DNA of 24,564 nt from a virus (Duplodnaviria; Caudoviricetes): the IMG/VR virus record IMGVR_UViG_3300031629_000077, positions 1 to 24,564 of that record. One strand, 5' to 3'. The notes below the pieces were generated by a model. The model was not told the origin of the DNA. It was given only the letters and a program-made list of their open reading frames with translations, and did not search any database. Below are positions 1 through 9,299 of this stretch, piece after piece (within the stretch, counting starts at the first letter, position 1; every line of letters starts with the position of its first letter). Both the position numbers and the translations under genes were made by a program.

Positions 1-12
1 CTCGCAGCCATT

Positions 13-3000
13 ATGAGCAAGAAGCCTAACGCTGACGGTACTCACGATTACAAAGTTATTTCACAGAAACAACTCGATGCTGGTATCAATACGCCAAGCG
101 TTATCCTCGGCAAGAAGCCGATAGAGGATTGGATTTTTGGTCGGGTAGATATGTCCCTGATCGGCGGCAAAGGTGGTCGCCACGCACCAGACATGATCAT
201 CCCATTCGATGAGGCTCCTGCGTCAGCACAAGACATTATACCCAATGAATCCAAGCGAGCCTTCCCAGAGGATCAGCTTGCTGCGGTCAGTATACCGGAT
301 GATGTAAATAAACGATTATCGTCCATGCCTTTGCCGAAGATGGCTGGCCCAGCATGGAGTGTATTACGTGATTCTTTTAATCATGGCATCAGCACTGCGA
401 ATGATCTATATCGCCATTCGATTGCGTTAAACGCTGTACGCTGGCCCAAGAATAAAGAAGGCTTCAATCAGATAGTAGCAGCCCTGCGAGCAACTGAAGC
501 AGAGCTAACTAAGATAGCCCCCAATGGTATCGAGCGTTCTAACAACGTAGACAAAGAAACGTCTATGCAGAACGCGAGAGATATTCTTTCTAAATATACT
601 GACGAAGAAACCTCTGAAGTTATTCAGCTCATCCAAGACTTAACTGGAAGCGCTGCACCTCGTATCCGTAAAGGAAGGGTAGGCAATAGCTCTTATGATG
701 CTCTAGGAAATGAAAAGGTTCAAAACGGAGTAAATGTTGCCAGAGATATTGCCGATGAAACTGGTGATTACACGCCAGCAACAGTGATGGCACATGAAAT
801 CTCTCATTGGGCTTATCACAACGTACTAACATCAGAAGATCGTTTTGAGTTCTGGGACACGGTATCAAAGTATTACGATGGCGATGGCAGGTTCAACGAA
901 GACGTTGTTAAGTACCGCCTCATCAGAAGTGGTAAGGCCAACGACGCAGACTCACCACAAGAATTCTTTGCTAACCAATTCGAGGCTTACTTAGCCAGTA
1001 ACGGTAAGTACAACATGGGCAATGAAGCCCTGTACAAAAGACTATCAAAATATATTTCCGAACTCTTTAATAGAGCTACCAACAAAGAGCTTCTCGATAA
1101 AGACCTTGAGCCTTTGTTTGCAAAGATGCTGCAAGGTGATGAGAAGATTGAGTTCTCTGCAAAAAATCCTCCTGTACGTAACCCTGCGCCACTACTGCCA
1201 TACGGTGAGCAGATGAAGTTCCGCTGGCAGATGACGGATGAGGTTGATAAGAACCTACACGATGCCCTACTAACAGAAGACCCCACCAGAATTATTAACG
1301 CAGTGGGTGAAGTGGTTGTTCATTTGTATCAGCTTGTTCCATCTAGGTTTAGAGCAGCTAAGGAAGGACGGGTATCTACAGGCGCACTAAAGGCCACTCG
1401 AAAGATACGTAAGCAGATACGAGGCAAGGCAGACAAGCTACGTATAAAGATGCTTGGTAATAGAGCTGATTCTGACCAAGTTTTTAACGACAATATTGTA
1501 GCTAACCCGCACCGTGATAGTGACTTAGCCGAGGAAGGGTACGACGAATATTCGTACGTGGATAGCGACTATGAGGGTGGTGATGGTAATGACAGTGTTT
1601 CTTTTGACTACAACGACTTTGAAAATGGATACTCATTCTTCAATTTAACTGACCCTGATTCATCACTGGATGAAATAATCCAAGAGTTAAGGGTGGAAAT
1701 ATTTGATCCACAATCTGACAACGGATCACTCTCTCAGATACTAAAACGCAGCAAGCAATTACTAGAAGAGGAATTTGTTCGTCGTGGAATCCCTACCAGC
1801 GAGACTCTTGATGACTACGTAGGCTCTATGCCTGAGTCATTTAGAACAGGTATACATGCAGTTGAACCCTTGCCTCCAATAGCAAAATACAATCAAGCAC
1901 GAGAGCGTAACAAAAAAGAAAGGATAGCGAATGGCACAGACAAACTGGAAAACATCCTCAAAGCAAGAGCAGCGCAATTTGCTACTGGAAAACTTGGAAA
2001 ACTTGAGCGTTCTGGCAAGCCTTTGCCAGACCTTAATGGCCTTACAATCAGACAGCTTGCGGATGTTTACAAAGGGTTCGAAGGAACCAAAGAAGGGTCG
2101 CAGATTCTTACAGAGTTACTACGTAAAGAGAAGCTAACGACTGAGCCAGTAGGCAAGCCTCGTGCCGCATCATTAGAACACTCTAAGCGAATTCAATCTG
2201 CCAAAATAGATGAGTTGGAAACCATGCTTACCGACGCTTTTGAGTCGGGTAATACAGAAGAAGTGACACGCATCATATGGGAAACTCAGCGACGATCTTA
2301 CAATAAAGCGATAGACCGAACTATTAAGAGAGCTGGTGAGCTGAATAAAGTGGCAGTTGTCGGGCCTAAGATTCAGGCTATTATGCCTATTAAAACCCAA
2401 GCAATAGGATTAGCTTCTAAGATAGAGGCAATCGATTACGAGGGTGGTTCACCTGATGGTATACCAGCCAATGCACGGTTTGGTATACGTGAGGCGATGG
2501 GGTACTTTGTACACCGTAACCCAGAAGTTCAGAACGACCTACGTACAATGGCCTACCGCATGTTCAACCTGATGGGTCGATCAGCTAAGGCGACTATGGA
2601 AGACGCGAACATATTATCAATGGATGATGTGATGCGCCTTAATGGAAAAGGCAGTGCATCAGCAGGTATTACTGGCGTGATGGCCGACTTCACCAGCCCT
2701 GAGTTTAAAAATCTACGTAACGATCTTCGTCGCATGACAGTTGGACTCAACAAAGGAACAAGCGACCCATTCGATCTCATGCATGAAGTTGGACACGTTC
2801 TCATGCGTACTAACATGATCAACGATAAAGATCGCGGTGAAATACTAAACGCTTTCCTTGAATCAAATGACCCCATTAAGAAGAACGTCATGCGAAGAAA
2901 GTATGACGAGCTTCCAGTGCATGACAGGTTAGAGCGTCAAACAGAGGAATGGTTTGTTGAGCATTGGGCGCAATACTTAGCCGAACGCACATCAAAGGGA

Positions 3001-6000
3001 GATGTTTTCTCAGCTAGAGATAGTGGAACGCCTGAGTCTCTCAACCTAAGAAGTGCAGTTGGATCAAAGCTAGATACTTTTGTTGAAGGTGCAGCTTACT
3101 TCCTTAATGGTGTTATTGGACGCAAGGATATCAAGCAAATCTTCCGTCGCCTAACAGTGTACGGCGACATGGTGCAACCTAGAAAAGCTGCCAAGATGCC
3201 TATACGTAACCGTGGCCCTGTGCCAGCAAGCATGGCAGCGCAGCATTTCCAAGATATGTACGCATCAGCCAGCAACAATAAGAAGTCTCGTATCCATGAT
3301 TACATAAACGGTGGACTACTCTCCCCCGACGGCACACCTATTCGCCTGTATCATGGCACACCAAACATGAACCCATTAGAGGATAGAGAGGTTGTCTTCC
3401 AGCCATCTCAGTCCGGGAACTTTGGGCCGGGAATTTATATAACCACAAACGCCGAAGTAGCAGATAAGGTCTACGCTCAGAAGCCAACGATGGCTGCGTG
3501 GACACGGATGATTGAGGGTAGCCCTAATCTTGATGCTGATCAGAAAATCGAGGCTTTGGATAATGCAAAAAGCGCAAGTTCATTACGCTCTCAGATATCT
3601 AAATTAAAAGTAAAGCGTCAGGATTTAATTAAAGGTCGTGGTGATTACGCTGACAGGGGTGACATCTCCAGTATTGATAACCAGTTTAAGCTGGAGTTAA
3701 TGGATGCAGATATTGAAACTCTGGAATACAACGAGCAAAACTTCCATACCGTATTGAAAAATGCAGACATAGATTACAACGCTGGCGTTTTGACTGTGTA
3801 TGCACGAGTCAATAACCCTGTTGATCTTACACGCAAGACCCTTTATACGATGGAAGACTCTACGCTACAGTCGATGATGCGATTTGGTATGTTAGAAATG
3901 CTCTCCGAAGGAAAGGAGATGGAGCAGATCAGAAAGGCATACGCGCCCATGAACGATCAGCTAACTGAGTCAGGGTCTCTATCAGGTGATGATCTTTACA
4001 TGATGTCTATCAAGGCGCTTGAAGGCGTGGTTGGTAGTAAGAAGGTAGTCCAGCAGAAATACACGGAGTTCTTTGGTCAGTTGGGTTACGACGCAATTCA
4101 CTCAACGCATCAGAACACTTTGACGGGCGATCGAATACCGCATGATTCTTATACTTTAATTGAAACATTAGACGACAACGATAATTGGCGCAGTCCTACA
4201 TTTAATATCAAGTCTCAGGACGCTCAATACTTTGATGAGAAGGATGCTCGGCTATATTACTCGGATAGTATGTCTCAACCTGCATCGCTTACTACTGCAC
4301 TCGCAGCACTAAGGGGTGAGGGTGGTGATAGCCCAAGCATTGCTACCATGCTGGACAACGCAGAAACTAAAGGCACAGAGCCAGAAGTGACTAGTGGACT
4401 ACGTAAGATAGCAAAAGGCCGCGCACTAAACGAAGAAGATATTAAAGGCATTCGTGAGGCGTCAGTAGCCGAGCGATTACTCTCAAAGAACTCTCAGCGT
4501 ATGCGTAAGACAGGTATGAACTGGCTTGCAAACTACGTCGAGAACTACTACCCATCTGTCTACAATAAGTTCGCTCGCGTTTACATGCCGATCAAGCAGC
4601 TAATGAACGAGCTACCTGACCGTGATGGTATCGTGAAGAATTGGGTAAAATCCTCTAATCCATTCTTGAAAGGCACACCTACTCAGCCAGAGTCACATAC
4701 TAATGTACTCAAGGCTTTACGTAGAGGTAACGCAAGCCGAGCATACGCAGGTCTTACTGTTCCAGAGAGAACCTTATTCAATAAGATCAAAGGCACAATG
4801 AAAACCCTGCACACTGAGATGGTTGATAATGAGGTTATGGTTGGAGACATTGAGAATTATATGCCTCAAGTTTGGAACATCGAGAACATCGGCAAGGATC
4901 AGGATGCTTTCACTAGAGTCTTGACTATGTATCTCAAGTCCGAGAACCCAAAGCGTACGACAGAAGAATCTAAGGCAATCGCAGACCGCATCACTACCAA
5001 CCTAATGAATGATGATGGGCTGTATATTCCGCCGCCCGTGTCAAACAAGGGTGGCGTTGAAGGACATCTGGACTTCCAAAGACTGTTACGAATCGATAAG
5101 ACCCCCGAACTTTACGACTTATTCGAACCATTCATGGAGAATAATCTTGATGGACTGCTAGTTAAGTACATGGATGGCGCGTCAAAACGTATACATCAGA
5201 CTAAGAATATTGGTTTGAACGTACACGCATACGCTGATTACATGGATATAGGTGAGTCAGGTATCGATGCAGTTGTCCGGCAGCTATCAACGCCTCGCAT
5301 ATTCACTAAGGAAATTAAAGGACAAGACCCTATCACTGGCGTCACAAGCTCCGCTTCCCTAGAGAAAGTGATGTCTATGCCATTTCAATCTGAAGAACAG
5401 GCTCGACCTTTTGCAATGGAGGCTCTCGACCAATACATGAAGCACGGCAAGATTGCAGCAAAAGACTTCATGTTAAATCTTCTACCAGAAGATCAGCGTA
5501 CTAAGACGTACGAGCGCAGGGTTGATGCGATCGCCAATGCGATGAGCGACTTCAAGCTAACCGAAGATGGTAGACCGACAGCCATTAACCGTAGTGAATT
5601 TGACCACGCAGAAGGAACGATTCGTACACTACAGGGTAAGCAAGTTAATCCTCGCGAGAGTCAGAAGTTTATGAATGCTTCTCGTAACGTACGTGCGATT
5701 AATAATATATCACTGCTATCCTTTACCGTTCTAACCTCTATACCCGACGCTGTATTACCGTTGATCCGGTCTGGATCATTCCGGTCATGGATGAAAGGCA
5801 TTAGTAAGTACGCGGCTGACCCCGACTATCGTGCAGAAATTAAGAACACTGGCGTAGCCATCGAGAACGCATTGCATTCACGAATGGTTGGCATGTACGG
5901 AGCAGACGCAACAGGCGGTGTTGGTATGGCTCAGAATGCATTCTTTAACGCAACGATGCTGACACCTTGGACTGATATGTGGAGAGGCTTGGCTGGTGCA

Positions 6001-6915
6001 GTAGCACTTGAGTCATTCAATACGCAGGTTAGTAAGGCAGCGAAGAGCTTCGACCCATCACTCGCAGAGAAAGATCAGAGTCGTGAGTACAAGTTTGCAC
6101 ACAGATACTTGAAGCGATATGGCATGACGGAGTGGCTGAAAGACCCCACTAAAAAGCTAGACCCTACTGACGATGCAGTTGCGTTAGGTATGATCAAGTT
6201 TGCTAATGACACAATCTTCTCGCCTAATCCTGATGACATACCTCTTGCGTACCAGACGCCAGCCGGATCAATACTATTTCAGCTTAAGTCTTTTCCATTA
6301 CTCATGGGGCGTATGGCTAAGGACGTATTAATTGATGATGTTAAATCAGGCAACTTCAAGCGACCACTTTACTTCGCAACCTTCGCCCCAGCATTGGGTA
6401 TGGCTGCGATAGGCACGAAAGACTTAGTGCAGCAACGTGGTGGTGAAGATGGTAAGAGCGCAGAGTTACGTGAGCGTAGTGCTGGTAAGTTCGGTGAACT
6501 TCTTGGATACAATGCAGACGTACATGGCGACCTTGATACCTTCCTTGGATGGTACTTCGAAGGTCTTACCGCTGCTGGTGGATTCGGATTAATCGGAGAC
6601 ATGATGCATGACGTAGCATCACAAGCAGACAATGGAGCGTACGGCGTACAACGCGCTGCGGGAACAATACTTGGCCCAACCTTCGGGCTTGGTGCGAGTG
6701 TTGTAAATGTCATGGGCGGAGCTAAGGAAGCTGCACTGGATGTCTGGGATAAAGGAACAACCGGAACGAACTCTAAACAGAGACTAGCGACAAGAGAAAT
6801 TATCGGTCGATTACCTGTACTTGGTGGTATCAAGAGAGCGAAGGAAGCGAGTGTAGACTTCTTTGCTGGTGAGAAAACTGAGCGTCGCTCTGGTGGATGG
6901 GGGAAGTCTTGGTAG
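13..6915 (+). CDS. Large polyvalent / internal virion (ejection) protein with 2x HExxH metallopeptidase-like modules, ART-PolyVal-like domain and LPD38-like C-terminus; probably N-terminally truncated
   Basis: 2300-aa ORF whose frame is open to the window edge. AHEISH...SPQEFFAN (nt ~793); MHEVGH...EEWFVE (nt ~2782); LYHGT...FGPGIYIT...VYARVNNP...LGYDAI...NIKS (nt ~3345-4260); C-terminal helical region with 'SILFQLKSFP' and Gly/hydrophobic segments. Confidence 0.8.
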   Translation: MSKKPNADGTHDYKVISQKQLDAGINTPSVILGKKPIEDWIFGRVDMSLIGGKGGRHAPDMIIPFDEAPASAQDIIPNESKRAFPEDQLAAVSIPDDVNKRLSSMPLPKMAGPAWSVLRDSFNHGISTANDLYRHSIALNAVRWPKNKEGFNQIVAALRATEAELTKIAPNGIERSNNVDKETSMQNARDILSKYTDEETSEVIQLIQDLTGSAAPRIRKGRVGNSSYDALGNEKVQNGVNVARDIADETGDYTPATVMAHEISHWAYHNVLTSEDRFEFWDTVSKYYDGDGRFNEDVVKYRLIRSGKANDADSPQEFFANQFEAYLASNGKYNMGNEALYKRLSKYISELFNRATNKELLDKDLEPLFAKMLQGDEKIEFSAKNPPVRNPAPLLPYGEQMKFRWQMTDEVDKNLHDALLTEDPTRIINAVGEVVVHLYQLVPSRFRAAKEGRVSTGALKATRKIRKQIRGKADKLRIKMLGNRADSDQVFNDNIVANPHRDSDLAEEGYDEYSYVDSDYEGGDGNDSVSFDYNDFENGYSFFNLTDPDSSLDEIIQELRVEIFDPQSDNGSLSQILKRSKQLLEEEFVRRGIPTSETLDDYVGSMPESFRTGIHAVEPLPPIAKYNQARERNKKERIANGTDKLENILKARAAQFATGKLGKLERSGKPLPDLNGLTIRQLADVYKGFEGTKEGSQILTELLRKEKLTTEPVGKPRAASLEHSKRIQSAKIDELETMLTDAFESGNTEEVTRIIWETQRRSYNKAIDRTIKRAGELNKVAVVGPKIQAIMPIKTQAIGLASKIEAIDYEGGSPDGIPANARFGIREAMGYFVHRNPEVQNDLRTMAYRMFNLMGRSAKATMEDANILSMDDVMRLNGKGSASAGITGVMADFTSPEFKNLRNDLRRMTVGLNKGTSDPFDLMHEVGHVLMRTNMINDKDRGEILNAFLESNDPIKKNVMRRKYDELPVHDRLERQTEEWFVEHWAQYLAERTSKGDVFSARDSGTPESLNLRSAVGSKLDTFVEGAAYFLNGVIGRKDIKQIFRRLTVYGDMVQPRKAAKMPIRNRGPVPASMAAQHFQDMYASASNNKKSRIHDYINGGLLSPDGTPIRLYHGTPNMNPLEDREVVFQPSQSGNFGPGIYITTNAEVADKVYAQKPTMAAWTRMIEGSPNLDADQKIEALDNAKSASSLRSQISKLKVKRQDLIKGRGDYADRGDISSIDNQFKLELMDADIETLEYNEQNFHTVLKNADIDYNAGVLTVYARVNNPVDLTRKTLYTMEDSTLQSMMRFGMLEMLSEGKEMEQIRKAYAPMNDQLTESGSLSGDDLYMMSIKALEGVVGSKKVVQQKYTEFFGQLGYDAIHSTHQNTLTGDRIPHDSYTLIETLDDNDNWRSPTFNIKSQDAQYFDEKDARLYYSDSMSQPASLTTALAALRGEGGDSPSIATMLDNAETKGTEPEVTSGLRKIAKGRALNEEDIKGIREASVAERLLSKNSQRMRKTGMNWLANYVENYYPSVYNKFARVYMPIKQLMNELPDRDGIVKNWVKSSNPFLKGTPTQPESHTNVLKALRRGNASRAYAGLTVPERTLFNKIKGTMKTLHTEMVDNEVMVGDIENYMPQVWNIENIGKDQDAFTRVLTMYLKSENPKRTTEESKAIADRITTNLMNDDGLYIPPPVSNKGGVEGHLDFQRLLRIDKTPELYDLFEPFMENNLDGLLVKYMDGASKRIHQTKNIGLNVHAYADYMDIGESGIDAVVRQLSTPRIFTKEIKGQDPITGVTSSASLEKVMSMPFQSEEQARPFAMEALDQYMKHGKIAAKDFMLNLLPEDQRTKTYERRVDAIANAMSDFKLTEDGRPTAINRSEFDHAEGTIRTLQGKQVNPRESQKFMNASRNVRAINNISLLSFTVLTSIPDAVLPLIRSGSFRSWMKGISKYAADPDYRAEIKNTGVAIENALHSRMVGMYGADATGGVGMAQNAFFNATMLTPWTDMWRGLAGAVALESFNTQVSKAAKSFDPSLAEKDQSREYKFAHRYLKRYGMTEWLKDPTKKLDPTDDAVALGMIKFANDTIFSPNPDDIPLAYQTPAGSILFQLKSFPLLMGRMAKDVLIDDVKSGNFKRPLYFATFAPALGMAAIGTKDLVQQRGGEDGKSAELRERSAGKFGELLGYNADVHGDLDTFLGWYFEGLTAAGGFGLIGDMMHDVASQADNGAYGVQRAAGTILGPTFGLGASVVNVMGGAKEAALDVWDKGTTGTNSKQRLATREIIGRLPVLGGIKRAKEASVDFFAGEKTERRSGGWGKSW

Positions 6916-6919
6916 TTTA

Positions 6920-6961
6920 ATGCTTACCCTAGCTAAGGTGATGCTTACCCTAGCTAGGGTG
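6920..6961. repeat. Tandem 21-bp direct repeat (20/21 identical), each unit with a 14-bp palindrome ACCCTAGCTA(A/G)GGT
   Basis: ATGCTTACCCTAGCTAAGGTG (6920-6940) and ATGCTTACCCTAGCTAGGGTG (6941-6961) fill the gap between two convergent genes. Confidence 0.95.
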
Positions 6962-7264
6962 CTAGTATAATTTCTTCACAAGTCTCTCGATCGAACCTCG
7001 ATCAAAGTTAAAGAGCTGAAATCCGAAATCAAGATCACTTACCACGAGAGGGCGAACCGCCTTAACCTTATACTTACCCCTGACCTTTGGCCTACTGATC
7101 ATCGCGGTACGGCATTCTCGTCGTCCACAGGTCTTTGCAGTAAGGCGTTTACAGTGTGGGATACGCACCCGACTCTTGGTAAATACTGGAGTATCTTCGC
7201 CGCATACCCGACACTTAGGGTAAGCAAAATCGGCTGGAATATCCTGCCATCTAACGCCATTCAT
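6962..7264 (-). CDS. Hypothetical Cys-rich (Zn-binding) basic phage protein
   Basis: CRVC...HC...TCGRREC motif; ATGA overlap with the upstream gene. Confidence 0.7.
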   Translation of the reverse strand: MNGVRWQDIPADFAYPKCRVCGEDTPVFTKSRVRIPHCKRLTAKTCGRRECRTAMISRPKVRGKYKVKAVRPLVVSDLDFGFQLFNFDRGSIERLVKKLY

Positions 7265-7443
7265 CCCTTAGTCTTTACGGGCATTAACAAATGCCTCTCG
7301 ACAATGTAGAACTCATTTTGATTGGTGATAGCTGTATCATTGCATAGTGCGCTGTAACTTTCTGCCGACACTCTATCTTCAAAAACCCTTATGATCTTGT
7401 CTGCGAGACTGTCATGCTTTACTACTATGTATACATTAGCCAT
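7261..7443 (-). CDS. Small hypothetical phage protein (60 aa, MANVYIVVKH...)
   Basis: Start re-assigned to ATG at 7443, preceded by an AAGGA RBS. The ORF-track extension to 7539 runs through a 12-bp hairpin and looks non-coding. Confidence 0.65.
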   Translation of the reverse strand: MANVYIVVKHDSLADKIIRVFEDRVSAESYSALCNDTAITNQNEFYIVERHLLMPVKTKG

Positions 7444-7468
7444 GTCTTTGATCCTTATTGAATTAGTT

Positions 7469-7498
7469 GATGTGACTAGGGGAAAGCCTAGCCACATC
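7469..7498. other. Strong intergenic stem-loop
   Basis: Minus strand GATGTGGCTAGG-CTTTCC-CCTAGTCACATC, a 12-bp stem with one G-U pair and no U-tract. Confidence 0.8.
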
Positions 7499-7603
7499 GG
7501 TTGCCTGTTTGGGGCATGAATTAACAGGACTTCGCTCATTTCCTAAACATCAAGTTTGCCATCTGGGGCAGCTCCATTTTTCACGGCTAGAAATCACCGT
7601 AAA

Positions 7604-7855
7604 TTAGTTACAAGTTGTGTTGCCGAAATAATCGGTACTACACCTAGTTCGATTTCCTTTATTGTCTGTCCATGTTTGGTTGCCGAAATAATCGGTACTG
7701 CCTTGCGACCTATAACCGCTATCCGTTCCTGTCCCGTAGCACGTTTGGTTGCCGAAATAATCGGTAGAGCATCGAACCCCTGCACTAGCAGCGAAGACGA
7801 ATATAAAAGTTAGGGAGACAAGTAAAACAAACATCATTAATTTTGAATCTTTCAT
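7604..7855 (-). CDS. Small secreted/periplasmic protein with three STDYFGN repeats and 4 Cys
   Basis: GAGGAG RBS before ATG 7855; signal peptide-like N-terminus (MKDSKLMMFVLLVSLTFIFVFAASA); CSTDYFGNQTC / GSTDYFGNQTW / CSTDYFGNTTC. Confidence 0.8.
   Translation of the reverse strand: MKDSKLMMFVLLVSLTFIFVFAASAGVRCSTDYFGNQTCYGTGTDSGYRSQGSTDYFGNQTWTDNKGNRTRCSTDYFGNTTCN
7619..7766. repeat. Three identical 19-bp repeats GTTGCCGAAATAATCGGTA with internal dyad
   Basis: Copies at 7619-7637, 7679-7697 and 7748-7766, separated by unrelated 41- and 50-nt segments. Confidence 0.95.
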
Positions 7856-7865
7856 AATCAACTCC

Positions 7866-8156
7866 TCAAGAGTGGTAGGTGCTTCGACGCATTCTGGTTC
7901 CAAAAAACTCCTTGAGACTAGGGTTGTCTCTCATAAATTTTCTAGCGTAGTGGGATATCCATCCATCATCTATTTTGAAATCAGACACGCGATCTATGAT
8001 CATCGACTCCCAGCGGATGCGATGGAAAATACACTTGGCTGAGTAGCGACCTTTGACTGAGGCAGCTTGCAGTGCGTACTGGCAAAATTTCTGATAAATC
8101 TCAGGGTGAGCCATGTGATGCGTTTCAAAATTTTCTTTAGTCCAGTTACCGTTCAT
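7866..8156 (-). CDS. Conserved hypothetical phage protein (P.IY..F...RIRWE...FKI...YAR.F....P...FF.TR pattern)
   Basis: Motif pattern recalled from a widespread uncharacterised phage family; GAGGA RBS before ATG 8156. Confidence 0.75.
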   Translation of the reverse strand: MNGNWTKENFETHHMAHPEIYQKFCQYALQAASVKGRYSAKCIFHRIRWESMIIDRVSDFKIDDGWISHYARKFMRDNPSLKEFFGTRMRRSTYHS

Positions 8157-8157
8157 A

Positions 8158-9030
8158 TTAAATTCCTCTATGGTCTTCAAAGTAGTTGCAAGTCTTCGCT
8201 CTACTGGCGTCAGCTTGGGTCATACCATCGACCTTTACTGAGGGGCTACAGCACGTAGCGAAAAGGGTTTCATCACTTGTCATAATTGCGTTCTTGCAAT
8301 GACGACAGTGGCGTCGATCAACAGGTACAGGCTTATCTGTCCAGCACATCACGTTGTAGCTACACATACTGCACCGCCAATCGTTCGGGCCTTTCGCGAT
8401 CTTCTCGTCGCTACCAGCCGCAATGTACTCAATGCGTTGAAGCAGGTAGTAGTACGTAGCGTGGTCAAAATTAATGATCTCCGTGTACAAGCGAGAGTCG
8501 TTCTTATTGATCATGTACATCAAGCCTTCCTTCATACCGCCTAGCCCCATCATCAATTGCATCTGGTCGTAATACTCACCGTGAGCCACTTGAATACCTT
8601 GGCGTACAGTGGCCGAGAAGGACGCATCGTTAGCCGTCTTAATCTCTACCAGAATCTTCTTTGATGGGTCGGAAACGAAATAAAGGATGCCATCTGAATG
8701 CGCCCGACAAACTTTCCCGAAGTACGTGTACTCGTGCTGTACTGGGCCAGTGTCCTCTAGTGCAATCTCAGGGTTGACCTTGATAGCTGCTAAGAGATTC
8801 TCGACAACAACATCCTCAACCTTGTGACCCACTGAGAAGATGCGCCGTAGCTTTTTAGTTAGCACATCCTGCGGATATCCACGAAGCCTTAGCGCAACCT
8901 GTCGCTCACAATCTGAGCCTATACTGGATGCGCCAACGTACATGCGCTCATCGGTATCTTTGGTAAACTCAATACCCTTGGGCGGTAAGTCTTCCTGTAA
9001 ATAATCAACAAACTCACGTAGGGTTTTCAT
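8158..9030 (-). CDS. Cas4-like / PD-(D/E)XK exonuclease with Fe-S cluster cysteines
   Basis: GASSIGSDCER, HSDG, VEIKT, QMQ and CSMCSYNVMC motifs (1+3 Cys), plus an extra C-terminal CxxC...CC...C; lies in the Sak4/SSB operon. Confidence 0.88.
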   Translation of the reverse strand: MKTLREFVDYLQEDLPPKGIEFTKDTDERMYVGASSIGSDCERQVALRLRGYPQDVLTKKLRRIFSVGHKVEDVVVENLLAAIKVNPEIALEDTGPVQHEYTYFGKVCRAHSDGILYFVSDPSKKILVEIKTANDASFSATVRQGIQVAHGEYYDQMQLMMGLGGMKEGLMYMINKNDSRLYTEIINFDHATYYYLLQRIEYIAAGSDEKIAKGPNDWRCSMCSYNVMCWTDKPVPVDRRHCRHCKNAIMTSDETLFATCCSPSVKVDGMTQADASRAKTCNYFEDHRGI

Positions 9031-9299
9031 TACTTACCCGACTTAAACTCAATTATTAAATCAATCTCGTGCTTGGCTTTCTCCAAGTCAACGAGCCAAT
9101 CATCGCCACCGTTCTTTTTGTCGCAGCGGCATACTCGTTTGACGACGCAGCCAGCAAGAAAACTCAGGTTATTTTTCATGCTAAATTCAACGGGCTGGAT
9201 CTTCATATCTTTGTAGTGAGTGCCATCAATTTGGACGGCCAGCGCAGAGGGCTTATCGGCTCTCTTCGTGTACTTTCTTTTCTTCCTCATCTCTTTCAT
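9030..9299 (-). CDS. DUF3310 (SaV-like / T7 gp1.7-like) protein
   Basis: QIDGTHYK..IQPVEF...LSFLAGCVVK..R..KK.G..DLEKAKH signature. Confidence 0.85.
   Translation of the reverse strand: MKEMRKKRKYTKRADKPSALAVQIDGTHYKDMKIQPVEFSMKNNLSFLAGCVVKRVCRCDKKNGGDDWLVDLEKAKHEIDLIIEFKSGK

Noticed and set aside
7444-7603. Hammerhead ribozyme
   Set aside because: The CUGANGA/GAAA core was not found in the right arrangement on either strand.
7619-7766. Canonical CRISPR array
   Set aside because: The repeat core is only 19 bp, the spacers are unequal, the periods are in frame with a convincing signal-peptide ORF, and there are no cas1/cas2/cas6 genes. Kept only as an atypical repeat finding.
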